The translations under genes were made by a program, and so were the position numbers. The notes beneath the pieces were generated by a model. The model was given only the letters and a program-made list of their open reading frames with translations. It was not told the origin of the DNA and did not search any database. 64,000 nt of DNA from a virus. Shown here piece by piece: positions 25,484-35,852 of the stretch (positions are counted from its first letter, which is position 1; each line of letters starts with the position of its first letter). The stretch covers positions 4,194 through 68,193 of IMG/VR virus record IMGVR_UViG_3300044856_000343. One strand, written 5' to 3'.

Positions 25484-26535
25484 ATACTAAAACAATGAAA
25501 GGCTATAAGCTTTTTAAAGAATTAGATGATGGAACAATACATATTGTTCGTATCACAAATTTAAAGGAACTTCATGCTCAGAAAAATGTTTCAAAAGATA
25601 AAATAGAAATCTATGATTATCTGACAAAAGAAACAAGAGAGACAACTATTGGAGCTTTGAAAGGATATACACCTTTAGAGCCAGATGCTATCTTTACAAT
25701 TTCTATTGGATCTGTTAAAGATGAAGCTGGAAAAACTTTCAATGATGTAATTTGTACAATTACAAATTATCTAATGGTAAAAGCTAAAATATCTGGAGTT
25801 CCATTTGCAGTTTGTAGACAGAATATTACAGATATTTTTGCTAATCTCTATTCAGTAAAAATAGATCCAGATATTGTAGGTTTAGCAGTTAATCAGAATG
25901 ACTGCCCTACAAATTTCGATTATTCATTGATGCTGGGTACATCTTCTATATCAGATTATGATTTCATCAATTTCTATAAAACAGATACAATTGATGATAT
26001 TCTTAATATGATAGATCAGCCAACATATGATGCTGTATTAAAAGATCTGTATAAAGAGCATGTAGAGCATGAGGGAAATCCATCTTTACTGTTTAAGAAA
26101 TCTCATAAAGGATGGTGCTCTACTCTGGAATTATTATTAAAAGAAAATAATTTCCAGAATGATATAAACGAATTGTTTAATATCTTACAGGTTGATTTCA
26201 ATATCACAGATTATGTAGAGAAGTTACCTCTTCCTACAAATCCAGATATTAAATATGATTCTCTTACAGAAGATATAAAAGCTTGGTTATCTTCAATCTA
26301 TAAAGTAAACATGAATGATGCTACTTTATTGGAATATGATCATGATATAAATATGGCAGACTTTGAAAAGTCTCATTATTGTTTCATTAGAGATAATACC
26401 AAGAAATTGTATCTTGTTGTTTATACTACGGATAATGAGAAATATGTAGCTGACTTAGAAGCAGAAGCTAATAAATATGATTTCAGTACAAAATTCCGTT
26501 TAGATTTTTACAACAAATACAACAAGAATAAATAA
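25480..26535 (+). CDS. Conserved hypothetical protein
   Basis: 351-aa ORF coupled to the upstream gene. Confidence 0.75.
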   Translation: MNTKTMKGYKLFKELDDGTIHIVRITNLKELHAQKNVSKDKIEIYDYLTKETRETTIGALKGYTPLEPDAIFTISIGSVKDEAGKTFNDVICTITNYLMVKAKISGVPFAVCRQNITDIFANLYSVKIDPDIVGLAVNQNDCPTNFDYSLMLGTSSISDYDFINFYKTDTIDDILNMIDQPTYDAVLKDLYKEHVEHEGNPSLLFKKSHKGWCSTLELLLKENNFQNDINELFNILQVDFNITDYVEKLPLPTNPDIKYDSLTEDIKAWLSSIYKVNMNDATLLEYDHDINMADFEKSHYCFIRDNTKKLYLVVYTTDNEKYVADLEAEANKYDFSTKFRLDFYNKYNKNK

Positions 26536-26566
26536 TAGATGTCTGAATATTAATATAAATTTCAGA

Positions 26567-26605
26567 CATATATTATAAATATGAATAAAAGATATCTTTT
26601 ATTCA
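26567..26605 (+). promoter_or_regulatory. Early-type promoter plus perfect 24-bp palindrome
   Basis: CATATATTATAAA then TGAATAAAAGATATCTTTTATTCA (26582-26605). Confidence 0.6.
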
Positions 26606-26645
26606 GTTACTCATAAAAAATAAATTATAAAAGGAGGAAATCATT

Positions 26646-27374
26646 ATGAGTGAAGCAACAAAAGAATCTAAGCAGCGTGTTCCATATGCAGTAGAGGTTG
26701 AGCCTAGTCCGTTCGACTCTGACGGAAAAATGAGATACATGACTAGCCTGGAGCTTTGTCGTGCCGTAAATGAATATTTCCGAGCTGCATTTGCAGACTA
26801 CTACGGATGTGTATTTGAGATGGCATCAGGTCCAGCTACAATGACTCTGTATTTCGATCATGTAGCATCTCAGGATAATGGAGTTTACGCTTGCAGCAGA
26901 CCAACATCAACTGAGGAACAGGCAAGCACAGTAATTACAAAATTACGTGCAAGGGATCGCCAGCTTAGAGAGGGAGATCGTTATACTCTTACTGAGGATG
27001 GTAAGGATATTATCTTCAAGCTCATTATCCCAAGACTATACAACCAGGGCAAGCCAGATATCAGAAAATTCGTAACAGATGTTTATGATAACGGTGGCTA
27101 CATGTATGGAAACATGGGTGGTGTACAGCGTACAAAGGTTACAGGCATTGATCTGAATAAGCTTTGCCAGATCCTTTGGGGAAAGAAAGATCCAGAGACT
27201 GGAGATGTATACGAGTATTCTGTAGATGTTAAGGGTGATCTTAACAGAGGTATGGGATTCATGAACCAGAATCCAAATTACTTCCTGATGATTACTCAGG
27301 CTAACTCTACTCATCTTGTAGATACCTATCAGAAGTTGGGTATCGCTACAGCCGGTAGCTCAATTGTTCACTAA
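26646..27374 (+). CDS. Hypothetical protein (own promoter and terminator)
   Basis: AAGGAGG SD. Confidence 0.8.
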   Translation: MSEATKESKQRVPYAVEVEPSPFDSDGKMRYMTSLELCRAVNEYFRAAFADYYGCVFEMASGPATMTLYFDHVASQDNGVYACSRPTSTEEQASTVITKLRARDRQLREGDRYTLTEDGKDIIFKLIIPRLYNQGKPDIRKFVTDVYDNGGYMYGNMGGVQRTKVTGIDLNKLCQILWGKKDPETGDVYEYSVDVKGDLNRGMGFMNQNPNYFLMITQANSTHLVDTYQKLGIATAGSSIVH

Positions 27375-27398
27375 AATTGAGTAACAATCAAACTGATT

Positions 27399-27422
27399 CC
27401 CAAGGACTTTAAAGTCCTTGGG
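27399..27422 (+). terminator. Terminator
   Basis: CCCAAGGACTTTAAAGTCCTTGGG followed by a T-run. Confidence 0.85.
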
Positions 27423-27457
27423 TTTCTTTTATTTTTTAAAAAGAGAAGGAGATATAA

Positions 27458-27703
27458 ATGACAAATCAGGAAGTTAGACGAATACTTCATAAAGCTGAAA
27501 AAGAATCTGATCTCGAAAAAAGACAATCTTTAATTGATAGTATTCCAAAAATTGTAGCACCTTATTATACAATTCAGAATGGTGTTATTACTAAATCTAG
27601 AAGAGTTATTCAATATCGCTTAGATAAAGATGGTGAAATTCGTCAATGCTTTAACGATATTTCTCAGTTACCTTACGCAGATATAGGTAAATTATTATTG
27701 TAG
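27458..27703 (+). CDS. Small hypothetical protein (paralogue 1)
   Basis: Similar to 27714-27917. Confidence 0.75.
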   Translation: MTNQEVRRILHKAEKESDLEKRQSLIDSIPKIVAPYYTIQNGVITKSRRVIQYRLDKDGEIRQCFNDISQLPYADIGKLLL

Positions 27704-27713
27704 AAGGGATAAT

Positions 27714-27917
27714 ATGGATACCGAAGAACTCTTAGAAAAAGCTAGAAAAGAAAAAGATATCGATAAGAAAAGATTATTGGTTTCTTCAATCCCTTTGTAT
27801 ATACATGCATATCAAGTTTTAGAGGGTAAAGAACTAATCGTTAAATATAGAAGAATAACTTATAGTGTAGATGAGTATGGATCTATATGTAAGCATATTG
27901 ATGATATTCAAATCTAA
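27714..27917 (+). CDS. Small hypothetical protein (paralogue 2)
   Basis: Similar to 27458-27703. Confidence 0.75.
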   Translation: MDTEELLEKARKEKDIDKKRLLVSSIPLYIHAYQVLEGKELIVKYRRITYSVDEYGSICKHIDDIQI

Positions 27918-27930
27918 AGGAGGAAACAAA

Positions 27931-28347
27931 ATGTTTGATAACAACTTACAGTACCACATTTTTAAAGACTATGGTCTTACATTCGATGAGAAAGGAAATA
28001 CTTGCGGAACTTTGAGAAAAGTTCAGTGGGTTCGTGAAGGTAAAGAACCAGATGAGGAAAAAGCAAAGATCGAGATCCGTCATGCAATTGTAAAAGAAGA
28101 CGGAGAGACAGTTGGTAAAGGATATTCATTTAGTACACCAGAAGGTCCTGGAGAACTTGTTGTTGGTATGATCGATTGTGGTTTTGGTGATACAAAAGAA
28201 ATCTTAAAATCTGTTAGAAAGAGAGAAGATTTCTTAGAAGCAGCAAAAACAATCAATGATGAAACCGAGGATAAAGATGGAGATATGTTTGATATGAGAG
28301 ATCTTATGCTCGGTGTAGATGAAGAGGTAGAATCAGAAGATGAGTAA
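27931..28347 (+). CDS. PC4/YdbC-like ssDNA-binding protein (putative)
   Basis: LRKVQW...KIEIRH...VGKGYSF resembles the PC4/YdbC pattern; acidic tail; start moved to MFDNN (AAGGAGG SD). Confidence 0.5.
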   Translation: MFDNNLQYHIFKDYGLTFDEKGNTCGTLRKVQWVREGKEPDEEKAKIEIRHAIVKEDGETVGKGYSFSTPEGPGELVVGMIDCGFGDTKEILKSVRKREDFLEAAKTINDETEDKDGDMFDMRDLMLGVDEEVESEDE

Positions 28348-29422
28348 TGTTTATGATAACAGAAGAATGAATGCTGACTCCATAATTTATGGTAGTTATG
28401 TAAAGAAACAAAGATTAGATTCTCTTGTATATGATACATTCTCTGGAACATCTATAGCATCTGCAACTTCATTAAATATATTCGTTGATCTCTATAGTAC
28501 TTTGAAACCTATCTTTAGTGAGCATTACAGAATTGATACTCCCGCATTAACTATTATTACTTCATGTCTTATCAATCTCTGTGGTCATTATAGATCTTTC
28601 TTCCGTACTCTTAGAGTAAAAACTAATTTCTATCTCATATTCAGCAAGAATACTTCTGAGATTAATCGTAAATTGGTAGCAGGATACAACGATACTTTCA
28701 AAGCAAAGAGTGAAATCAAACAATATAATGATTTTTCTGCTGCTAACTTTGATTTACTCAAATTACTCTGTCCATATCTTCCAGATATACATTTTATACA
28801 GAGTACAGAGAATTATGAAGTTGCTGTTATTATTGCAGGTATTATTGAGAAATTAAATGATGGATGCCCAAATTTAATTATATCAAGAGATCTTTATCCA
28901 TTACAACTTACAGCATATTATCCATATACATCATATCTCTTTCCTATTAAAACAAGATTTGGTGATGAATCGTTAATGATTCCTATTAATGAAAAACCAT
29001 CATACAGAAATCAATTCTGGGATATTTATAGTAGAAGACATCATTTATCTTTAAATAAATTAATAGAGATGTCACCTTTAAATTCTACTATATTCTCAGC
29101 AATGACAAACTTTTATGAAAGAAATATAAATGGATTAACAACTCCTGCAGTTGCAAGGAAATTTATTAAGTCTGTAGTAGGAATGGAAGATGTAAGAATA
29201 GATCCAGCGTTATTTGCAAACAATGAAGAGATTTTATCTAAGTTCCCAATGGCAATTCCAAGATATAATGCTTTGGATATAAGCTATGCTTTACCTATGT
29301 ATAAAATGTCTCCAGAATATAATAGTTTACAATTTGTAAACTTAAGAGATGATGCAAAGATAAATCAGATTTGTTCTATGGATGTATTTGTAAATAATCC
29401 AATTGATCTTACTCAATTATAA
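28340..29422 (+). CDS. PIN/5'-3' exonuclease-like protein, possibly degenerate
   Basis: IFVDL, NYEVAVII and IISRDLYPLQL echo FEN motifs but lack several acidic residues. Confidence 0.45.
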   Translation: MSNVYDNRRMNADSIIYGSYVKKQRLDSLVYDTFSGTSIASATSLNIFVDLYSTLKPIFSEHYRIDTPALTIITSCLINLCGHYRSFFRTLRVKTNFYLIFSKNTSEINRKLVAGYNDTFKAKSEIKQYNDFSAANFDLLKLLCPYLPDIHFIQSTENYEVAVIIAGIIEKLNDGCPNLIISRDLYPLQLTAYYPYTSYLFPIKTRFGDESLMIPINEKPSYRNQFWDIYSRRHHLSLNKLIEMSPLNSTIFSAMTNFYERNINGLTTPAVARKFIKSVVGMEDVRIDPALFANNEEILSKFPMAIPRYNALDISYALPMYKMSPEYNSLQFVNLRDDAKINQICSMDVFVNNPIDLTQL

Positions 29423-29433
29423 AAACAAACAAC

Positions 29434-29465
29434 AACCCCTAGGGACTTTTCAATCCCTAGGGGTT
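29434..29465. terminator. Bidirectional terminator
   Basis: AACCCCTAGGGA-N8-TCCCTAGGGGTT between convergent operons. Confidence 0.85.
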
Positions 29466-29534
29466 ATTTAAGAGATATAAACATGTCTAGAAAACCACTG
29501 CCAATAGCAACGATTATTAATAAGTTATATTTAT

Positions 29535-30560
29535 TTAAATTTTTATTTTATTTGTAGCAACTTCCTGACGTTTCTGAGGATTATTACTATTATTCAAGAA
29601 AGGTTTCTTTTTTGTCATCTCATCAAAATGAGTAAGAATCTGATATCTATTATGATAAACTTCATTCAATACTCTCATCTTAGCACTTAAGATCTCAGCT
29701 GATAAAGATATATAACGGGAAATATCTCTAACAATAATTTTTGAATTATCCTTTATTTTTTGATTCGAATTTGTAGTCTGCCCATCCTTATCCGTAAAAC
29801 TCATCTTTTGCTTCTTATTTGAATTAAAAGGTCTTGGGATTGCCTCTGATAAGTATTCTTCAGAGAGATCAACAGATTCTTTCTTTACAAGATTTTGATT
29901 ATTTGTTACACTATTTACTGGAGTTTCTCCACTTTGTGTATTATTAACCATATCTTGAATTGCTTGAATAGATTGATTAAAAGTATTCAAATCATCTTCA
30001 ATTGATCCTCTAAGTTTATAAAATCCAGTAGAGCAAAAATTATACGTTGTAATTAAAAACTTCTTATCACAAATTACTCTAGAATATCCAGGAATTGTCA
30101 TTGTTCTTAATTTTTTGTATACGTTTTGATCTCCATATAACTTTGGATAATACTTACGAATAAATTCTGGTTTCTTTTGATGTAAATCTTCTTTCATTCT
30201 ATTATAATCGAACTTCACAATCTTTACAGTTTGTAAATTAACCATATTTATTGTAGGACAATTATTAATTCTAAAACTAGAATTAAATTTTCTAACAGGT
30301 TGTGCAATTCTAAAGAGAAATTCTCTTTCTTCTTTTGTACCACATTTCTGTTTCCAATTATCCCAAACTTTCTGTGTAGAATTTGTTACTTTATTCAAAT
30401 AATTTTGTATTCGAACTTGAGGTGGTGTATTATTCTGGGCTTCAGATACTAGATTTAATCCACTTAATATATTATCGAATGATTCTTCAAAATCAAAGCT
30501 TTCTAATATTTCATCAGTAGATTCTTTTATATCTAATAACCATTGATCAATAAAATCCAT
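29535..30560 (-). CDS. Probable internal head protein
   Basis: Acidic N-terminal region with repeated hxE(S/A) followed by a basic domain. Confidence 0.55.
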   Translation of the reverse strand: MDFIDQWLLDIKESTDEILESFDFEESFDNILSGLNLVSEAQNNTPPQVRIQNYLNKVTNSTQKVWDNWKQKCGTKEEREFLFRIAQPVRKFNSSFRINNCPTINMVNLQTVKIVKFDYNRMKEDLHQKKPEFIRKYYPKLYGDQNVYKKLRTMTIPGYSRVICDKKFLITTYNFCSTGFYKLRGSIEDDLNTFNQSIQAIQDMVNNTQSGETPVNSVTNNQNLVKKESVDLSEEYLSEAIPRPFNSNKKQKMSFTDKDGQTTNSNQKIKDNSKIIVRDISRYISLSAEILSAKMRVLNEVYHNRYQILTHFDEMTKKKPFLNNSNNPQKRQEVATNKIKI

Positions 30561-30580
30561 ATTAACCTCCTTTAAAATTT

Positions 30581-30608
30581 GGTAGGTAGGATTCTTCTCC
30601 TACCTACC
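30581..30608 (-). terminator. Hairpin/terminator
   Basis: GGTAGGTAGG-N8-CCTACCTACC. Confidence 0.65.
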
Positions 30609-30617
30609 TTTATATTT

Positions 30618-31601
30618 TTACCATTTTACAACGATAGGTGCTGCTTCTGCAGCTTCATTCTCTGCTTTAATTAGTTTATTCTGAATACTATTCAGCTTAG
30701 CCATAATGTTTCTATATTCCTGTCTACGACGAACAAGAACATCACATTCTACAGCATAGCAAGTATTTAAAACAGAAACTACATCAAGAATCACATTGAT
30801 CCATTGTCCTGCAACAGCTAAGAAATCATCATTGAATTTATCCTCAATAGATTTCATTAACTTCCAGAATACTTTCCTCTGGTTCTCATATTCCTTCTTT
30901 GCTCTCATTACAGATTCATTGCTAGTTGCAATTATATAAATTGCATCAGCACTCTGAGCAATAACTCGTTTGGTAATAAGATATTCATCACCAATAAGTT
31001 TTTTCTTAAGAGCTTTTTTAACCTGAGAGTTAGATTTAACTCCTGAAATACCAGATACTTTGCTACATACAATTGCTTCCAATTTATCTGTAGCTTTGCT
31101 AATAGTGAGAATATCTTTTACACCATTATCAATTAATCCTTCATAGACTTTATTTACTTCTTCTATGAATTTATTTGCATCTTGTGCAAAACTAATTTCA
31201 TCTTCATTAAAGAATTTATGGGTTTTTCCATAAACTTTATCATCTTTTAATGAAGCAATTGTTTCTTTATTAATTTTTACATAAGTTGCTTTTTCACCTT
31301 TGTTAAATACTTTAAGTACATCATTCCAGAATGCATCTAAAGCTCTCCAAATACGAATACAAATAGCATCAAACTTAATTTTCATTAAAGCTAATGCTTT
31401 TCCTTCATATATAACAAGGCTACAATTTTCTTCAAAAGACTTTAATTCTTTTATACCAATCTCTTCCATCATCTCATTTACTAATCCATGAGCATAATCA
31501 GATATGTAAAGAGCACGATCATAAAAAGTATTGCATGATTCTGGAAATACAAAATCATTCTCTACTTCGGAATAATCTAATTGTTCTAAGATATAATCCA
31601 T
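30618..31601 (-). CDS. Probable internal head protein
   Basis: Acidic propeptide-like N-terminus (..VIYEG) and helical basic body. Confidence 0.55.
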   Translation of the reverse strand: MDYILEQLDYSEVENDFVFPESCNTFYDRALYISDYAHGLVNEMMEEIGIKELKSFEENCSLVIYEGKALALMKIKFDAICIRIWRALDAFWNDVLKVFNKGEKATYVKINKETIASLKDDKVYGKTHKFFNEDEISFAQDANKFIEEVNKVYEGLIDNGVKDILTISKATDKLEAIVCSKVSGISGVKSNSQVKKALKKKLIGDEYLITKRVIAQSADAIYIIATSNESVMRAKKEYENQRKVFWKLMKSIEDKFNDDFLAVAGQWINVILDVVSVLNTCYAVECDVLVRRRQEYRNIMAKLNSIQNKLIKAENEAAEAAPIVVKW

Positions 31602-31615
31602 TTCAAGCTCCCTCC

Positions 31616-32719
31616 TTAATCTTCAAAATAATCATAGACATAAATATCAGATGATTCTCCGATACTGAATAATATAGCTTCTGATACAGTTTGCTTCTTA
31701 GATCTCTTTGTAGCATAATGTCCTAAAACTAATAAAGCTTTACGATAAGCTGCAAATTCTCTGCTTGATAATGCATAGAAATCTGTAATCATAGCAGATG
31801 CAAGATAACTAAAAGTAGAACACATTTTTCCAATTCTATCAATCTTGTATACAGAAATTTCTCCATCATTACAATTAATAGAACTCATAATAGTGACTGC
31901 TGTAGAAAGCATTTTATTAATACCAGCATAAAGATTCTTTGTACCAGTATTAATATTTGTTTTGATTCTTGCTCCATCTGCAAAAGCAACAACTGCTTTT
32001 ATTTCATTATCTGTAGGAATCCAACGATCCATAAGTTTCTCAGACTTTGTAGAGCAATTTGTTCTGATATCTGCATCTCTCTTATTATAAATATCTGAAG
32101 TCTGTTTACCAAATTGACTAAACAGATCATCAATTTCATCTTTTGATTTTGCAGATTTAATCTTTTTAGCAACGCTATTCAATACAGTATTATACTCTTT
32201 CAAAGAAGTAATCTGCATTACTGTATTTTCATACTCTTTTCCAGGTAATACAAAATGTCTAATTCCCTTAAATCCTTGAAGATTTGCAGAATTGATTACT
32301 TTGATATATTTCGATCTTACATCAGAATCCGATTTCACCATAGCATTAATCTTAGTTGTAGTATTAGCTCCAGCTTGATTTGCAGAATTAGCAACGCCAG
32401 TAAGAATTTTATTTGTAGTTCCAATAATATCTGCTTTCTTAGCATCATTACTTTTCTTCAAATCTTCTTTACTACTTTCGTTCAGCATCTGCACATCCAT
32501 CGATGTCTGAAAATCAGCTTCGAGTAATCTATTAAACAAATTATGACTTTCCTGTCTAATCTGAATACATACTTCCATAGGATTTGTATATGATGAATCT
32601 TTATCAATAGATTCAATATATGATTCATCATATACAACCTGATCACCTAAGATATCTGTTCTTTGTGAAAATTCAGGAGCACTGATTGATGAAATTCTAT
32701 TAGATGAATATAATCCCAT
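31616..32719 (-). CDS. Probable internal head protein
   Basis: LLEA, LNES and VSEA motifs; same architecture as its neighbours. Confidence 0.55.
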   Translation of the reverse strand: MGLYSSNRISSISAPEFSQRTDILGDQVVYDESYIESIDKDSSYTNPMEVCIQIRQESHNLFNRLLEADFQTSMDVQMLNESSKEDLKKSNDAKKADIIGTTNKILTGVANSANQAGANTTTKINAMVKSDSDVRSKYIKVINSANLQGFKGIRHFVLPGKEYENTVMQITSLKEYNTVLNSVAKKIKSAKSKDEIDDLFSQFGKQTSDIYNKRDADIRTNCSTKSEKLMDRWIPTDNEIKAVVAFADGARIKTNINTGTKNLYAGINKMLSTAVTIMSSINCNDGEISVYKIDRIGKMCSTFSYLASAMITDFYALSSREFAAYRKALLVLGHYATKRSKKQTVSEAILFSIGESSDIYVYDYFED

Positions 32720-32760
32720 CTTATTTTCCTCCTTATTTATATTAGAGAAGGATGTTCTGT

Positions 32761-34305
32761 TTAGAACAGAACATCATCTCCATCATCATCTTTAGCAACT
32801 TTCTTCTTACTAGCATCATCTTTCTTAGATTCTGCATCAGCTTTATTCTGAGCCTGCTTTACATCCATGCTAAAGATATTTGACCATTTCTTAAGTCTTG
32901 CAGCCCATTTACGCTGTTTATTTGCAACCTTGGCTTTTTTATCATCATCCATATCAGAAGAATGCTCAACATCATCTGCATGAGCTTCCAGCATCTGAGC
33001 CTGAATCTCCAGATAATCAGAGAACTTCATACTAGAATATACAAGGTTGTAAATTAAGTTCTTAGCTGTTGGAAGAATAATCTTGATAAATACCCATCCT
33101 AATGTAAGTCCACCACCGATAGCTAAAACAGTTTTCTTAGCTTTACCAAGAGTGCCAACATACTTGCTCAACTTAAACTTACCATTTGATCCTTTGTATT
33201 TATCGCTATTCAGATCACTAAGTAATCTTCCAAGTTTTGAAGCATTCTTATCAATGAATCCTCCAATTGCAGCTCCAGTATTCTTTGCTGAGAATTCATT
33301 TACAGGCTCTGTAGGAAGATCATCATCTCCATCATCTGTAACCTGTGGAATGTTCTCTGGTTCAACGTCATCATTAAGATCGTCATCATCAAACATAGCC
33401 AGAACATCATCATCAAAATCTGGTGCATCATCTCCATCATCATTTGGATCATCAAGATCTAAATCATCTGGATTTGGTAAAATGACTGGATGACTCTGAG
33501 TATAATCATCATATCCAGCTGGTTTTACATCTGGTACATCAGATGGCATTGCTCTGATAGGATCTACTCCTGGCTCATTATCACATTTGAATGGCTCGCA
33601 TCCATTGCTTGAATCAAATGGAGATTCATTATCTCCATCCATAGAAGCTACATATCCTGCTCCATCATCATCGGCACCAAAGATATCTCCAGCTTCTTTT
33701 ATTGGAGTTAATGTATTTGCAAGAATAGCATCCATAGTTCCATTTGCACATAAATCATTGAATCCAGATAACTGCTTAAACATTACATTCTCAGCAGACT
33801 GCTTGTAAGCCGCAACATCCATACTGAATGAATTATTGCTAGTATCTTTGATATAATCAATACATGATGCAATCAGATAAGATACAGATCTGAAAATAGA
33901 TAATACAATCAGATTGTACATTACCATTGGAAACTCTGCATTCATTCCATATGCTTTTGTAAACTGCGGTTTACGATCAACAATATTCTGAATAGCTGCA
34001 CTGATAATATCTACAGGAGCTGGATTCTGATGATACTGTACAACAAGCTGACGAATAATATCGATACACTTCTTATTATTCTCAAATCCTTGTACCTTTG
34101 TAATATCTCCACGAGATTTTGGAATAGTTCCAAAATCAATCTCATCAACTTTAGCTACAATCTTGTCATATAATGCTGCTGAAAGAGCATCAATCAACTG
34201 TTCCTGTTGAGCATCTTCAAGAGTAACGATATATTGACGAGTATATTTATCAGATAAATCAAAATTCTCTCTGATTATCTGATCATAGTCTCGTTTTAAA
34301 ATCAT
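32761..34305 (-). CDS. Probable virion protein with acidic linker and a hydrophobic helix
   Basis: D-rich linker, PVNE|F, then a basic region and LAIGGGLTLGWVFIKIIL. Confidence 0.55.
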   Translation of the reverse strand: MILKRDYDQIIRENFDLSDKYTRQYIVTLEDAQQEQLIDALSAALYDKIVAKVDEIDFGTIPKSRGDITKVQGFENNKKCIDIIRQLVVQYHQNPAPVDIISAAIQNIVDRKPQFTKAYGMNAEFPMVMYNLIVLSIFRSVSYLIASCIDYIKDTSNNSFSMDVAAYKQSAENVMFKQLSGFNDLCANGTMDAILANTLTPIKEAGDIFGADDDGAGYVASMDGDNESPFDSSNGCEPFKCDNEPGVDPIRAMPSDVPDVKPAGYDDYTQSHPVILPNPDDLDLDDPNDDGDDAPDFDDDVLAMFDDDDLNDDVEPENIPQVTDDGDDDLPTEPVNEFSAKNTGAAIGGFIDKNASKLGRLLSDLNSDKYKGSNGKFKLSKYVGTLGKAKKTVLAIGGGLTLGWVFIKIILPTAKNLIYNLVYSSMKFSDYLEIQAQMLEAHADDVEHSSDMDDDKKAKVANKQRKWAARLKKWSNIFSMDVKQAQNKADAESKKDDASKKKVAKDDDGDDVLF

Positions 34306-34321
34306 TGTTGTTTCCTCCTAA

Positions 34322-35728
34322 TTATTTCTGATTATTAAGAAGATTAATAATCTTCTTATAGTTCTTATCTGCAACATCTTTATGCATAGAAGAATAAGAA
34401 GCATACTCATATTCTCCATTTCCATCATAAATAGATTTTACAACTTCATTAGCTTCATCTGCAATAAAGATAGACATAAGATTGTAAGCATCCATAATCT
34501 GCTTAGCATTCTTTACTCTTTCAATATCGAAATCATAAGAATTCTTTAAGAAGTTTGCTGTCTCCTGGCTAATAACTAATCCTGTTATAGCAGAAGCATC
34601 ATTACTAACTCTTCTTAACTTAGCAGCATTATTAGCAATTCCTCTCTTCTCAAGAATATCCCACATTCTACCAATACCAGATTTATTCTTAGCAGCATTC
34701 TTTGCTTTAAGCTTTGTCTGTGTAAATGCATTGGAAATCATCTGAGATAAGCTAATCTCTCCAGTTGTAAATTTTACAAACTTAGATAATCCGCTACCAT
34801 TCTTACCAGGATTCTTCTCAGCAAGTCTTTCAACAATATCCTGAGCCTCTACAGGAATAATACGAGATTTAACTCCAGCAACAAATGTCTTTGCAATCTG
34901 TCCACGACCCTGACCTACAACATCAACAAAGTTAATGATCATAAGGGTACCCTGAAGCTGATTCTGCTTCTTGATATCCTGAGCAACAAGTCTATTCTGG
35001 TTTAACCTATTGATATCATCCTGGACTCTCTTGATAGAAGCATAATCGTTTCCATTCTGTTTCTGTCTCTCACGATTATTCTTAGCAGCATCTCTAAGAT
35101 TTTTCTGAACTTCACGAGACTCTTTATTCTGTTTTCTTTTCTCTTCAGCTTCTTCTCTTTCTCTAGCTGCTTCATCATCGCTTCCATTATTATTTTTCTT
35201 GTCCTCATGAATAGACATATATCTATCATTTCCATAGACAAGATAATCATTAAGGGAATTCTCAGAAATACTCTCCTGAGGGAAGAACTTTGGATTTCTT
35301 AACTCAGCACACATTTCCTGAATAGCTGATCTTAACTCAGCATCGGTAATAGCAGATTCTCCAACAACTAAATCATCAAGAAATTCGATCATATCTTCCA
35401 TACTCATATTATTATCGATTCCTTTATAATATGATCTTAAAATCTCAACACCGTTATCTCCTTTAATAGATACAGAAGAGAATAATTTTTGAAGCATATC
35501 TACAATATTATATTCATTTGCTGTACTAATCATTGTAGCAGTATCTATAGGTAAAGTAGCATCACAAAGCATTGGAAAACTCATAGTAAGATTGTTTGTA
35601 TACTTTGAGATAGATCCTCTAAGATATACTCTACCTTTATCTGCATTAGATTTTCTGGCAGCTCTTGCATTTCCAGATATCATGGTAAATAAATTCGCAA
35701 GTCCGCCTTCGTTTAATACACTATGCAT
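34322..35728 (-). CDS. Probable virion (head) protein
   Basis: Late-type promoter AACACTCATATA at 35758-35769; VLNE|G, VGE|S motifs. Confidence 0.55.
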   Translation of the reverse strand: MHSVLNEGGLANLFTMISGNARAARKSNADKGRVYLRGSISKYTNNLTMSFPMLCDATLPIDTATMISTANEYNIVDMLQKLFSSVSIKGDNGVEILRSYYKGIDNNMSMEDMIEFLDDLVVGESAITDAELRSAIQEMCAELRNPKFFPQESISENSLNDYLVYGNDRYMSIHEDKKNNNGSDDEAAREREEAEEKRKQNKESREVQKNLRDAAKNNRERQKQNGNDYASIKRVQDDINRLNQNRLVAQDIKKQNQLQGTLMIINFVDVVGQGRGQIAKTFVAGVKSRIIPVEAQDIVERLAEKNPGKNGSGLSKFVKFTTGEISLSQMISNAFTQTKLKAKNAAKNKSGIGRMWDILEKRGIANNAAKLRRVSNDASAITGLVISQETANFLKNSYDFDIERVKNAKQIMDAYNLMSIFIADEANEVVKSIYDGNGEYEYASYSSMHKDVADKNYKKIINLLNNQK

Positions 35729-35757
35729 TATCTTAACCTCCTTAAGGAATAATATTT

Positions 35758-35825
35758 TATATGAGTGTTCTAAATATGCCTAATGTTAATATTTCTTAAT
35801 ATTGATATTGTGGAACATCAATATA
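35758..35825. promoter_or_regulatory. Divergent pair of late-type promoters AACA-N6-TA
   Basis: Minus 35758-35769 and plus 35814-35825, each 28-30 nt from an ATG. Confidence 0.65.
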
Positions 35826-35852
35826 AAATCCCTAAGGAAGGAGGAAAATAAA

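Noticed and set aside
29482-29556. Short plus-strand ORF MSRKPLPIATIINK... after AACA
   Set aside because: No SD, motif ends GA rather than TA, and it lies after a strong terminator, overlapping the end of a minus-strand gene.
32745-32756. AACA-N6-TC as a late promoter for 32719
   Set aside because: Fails the invariant TA; not counted.
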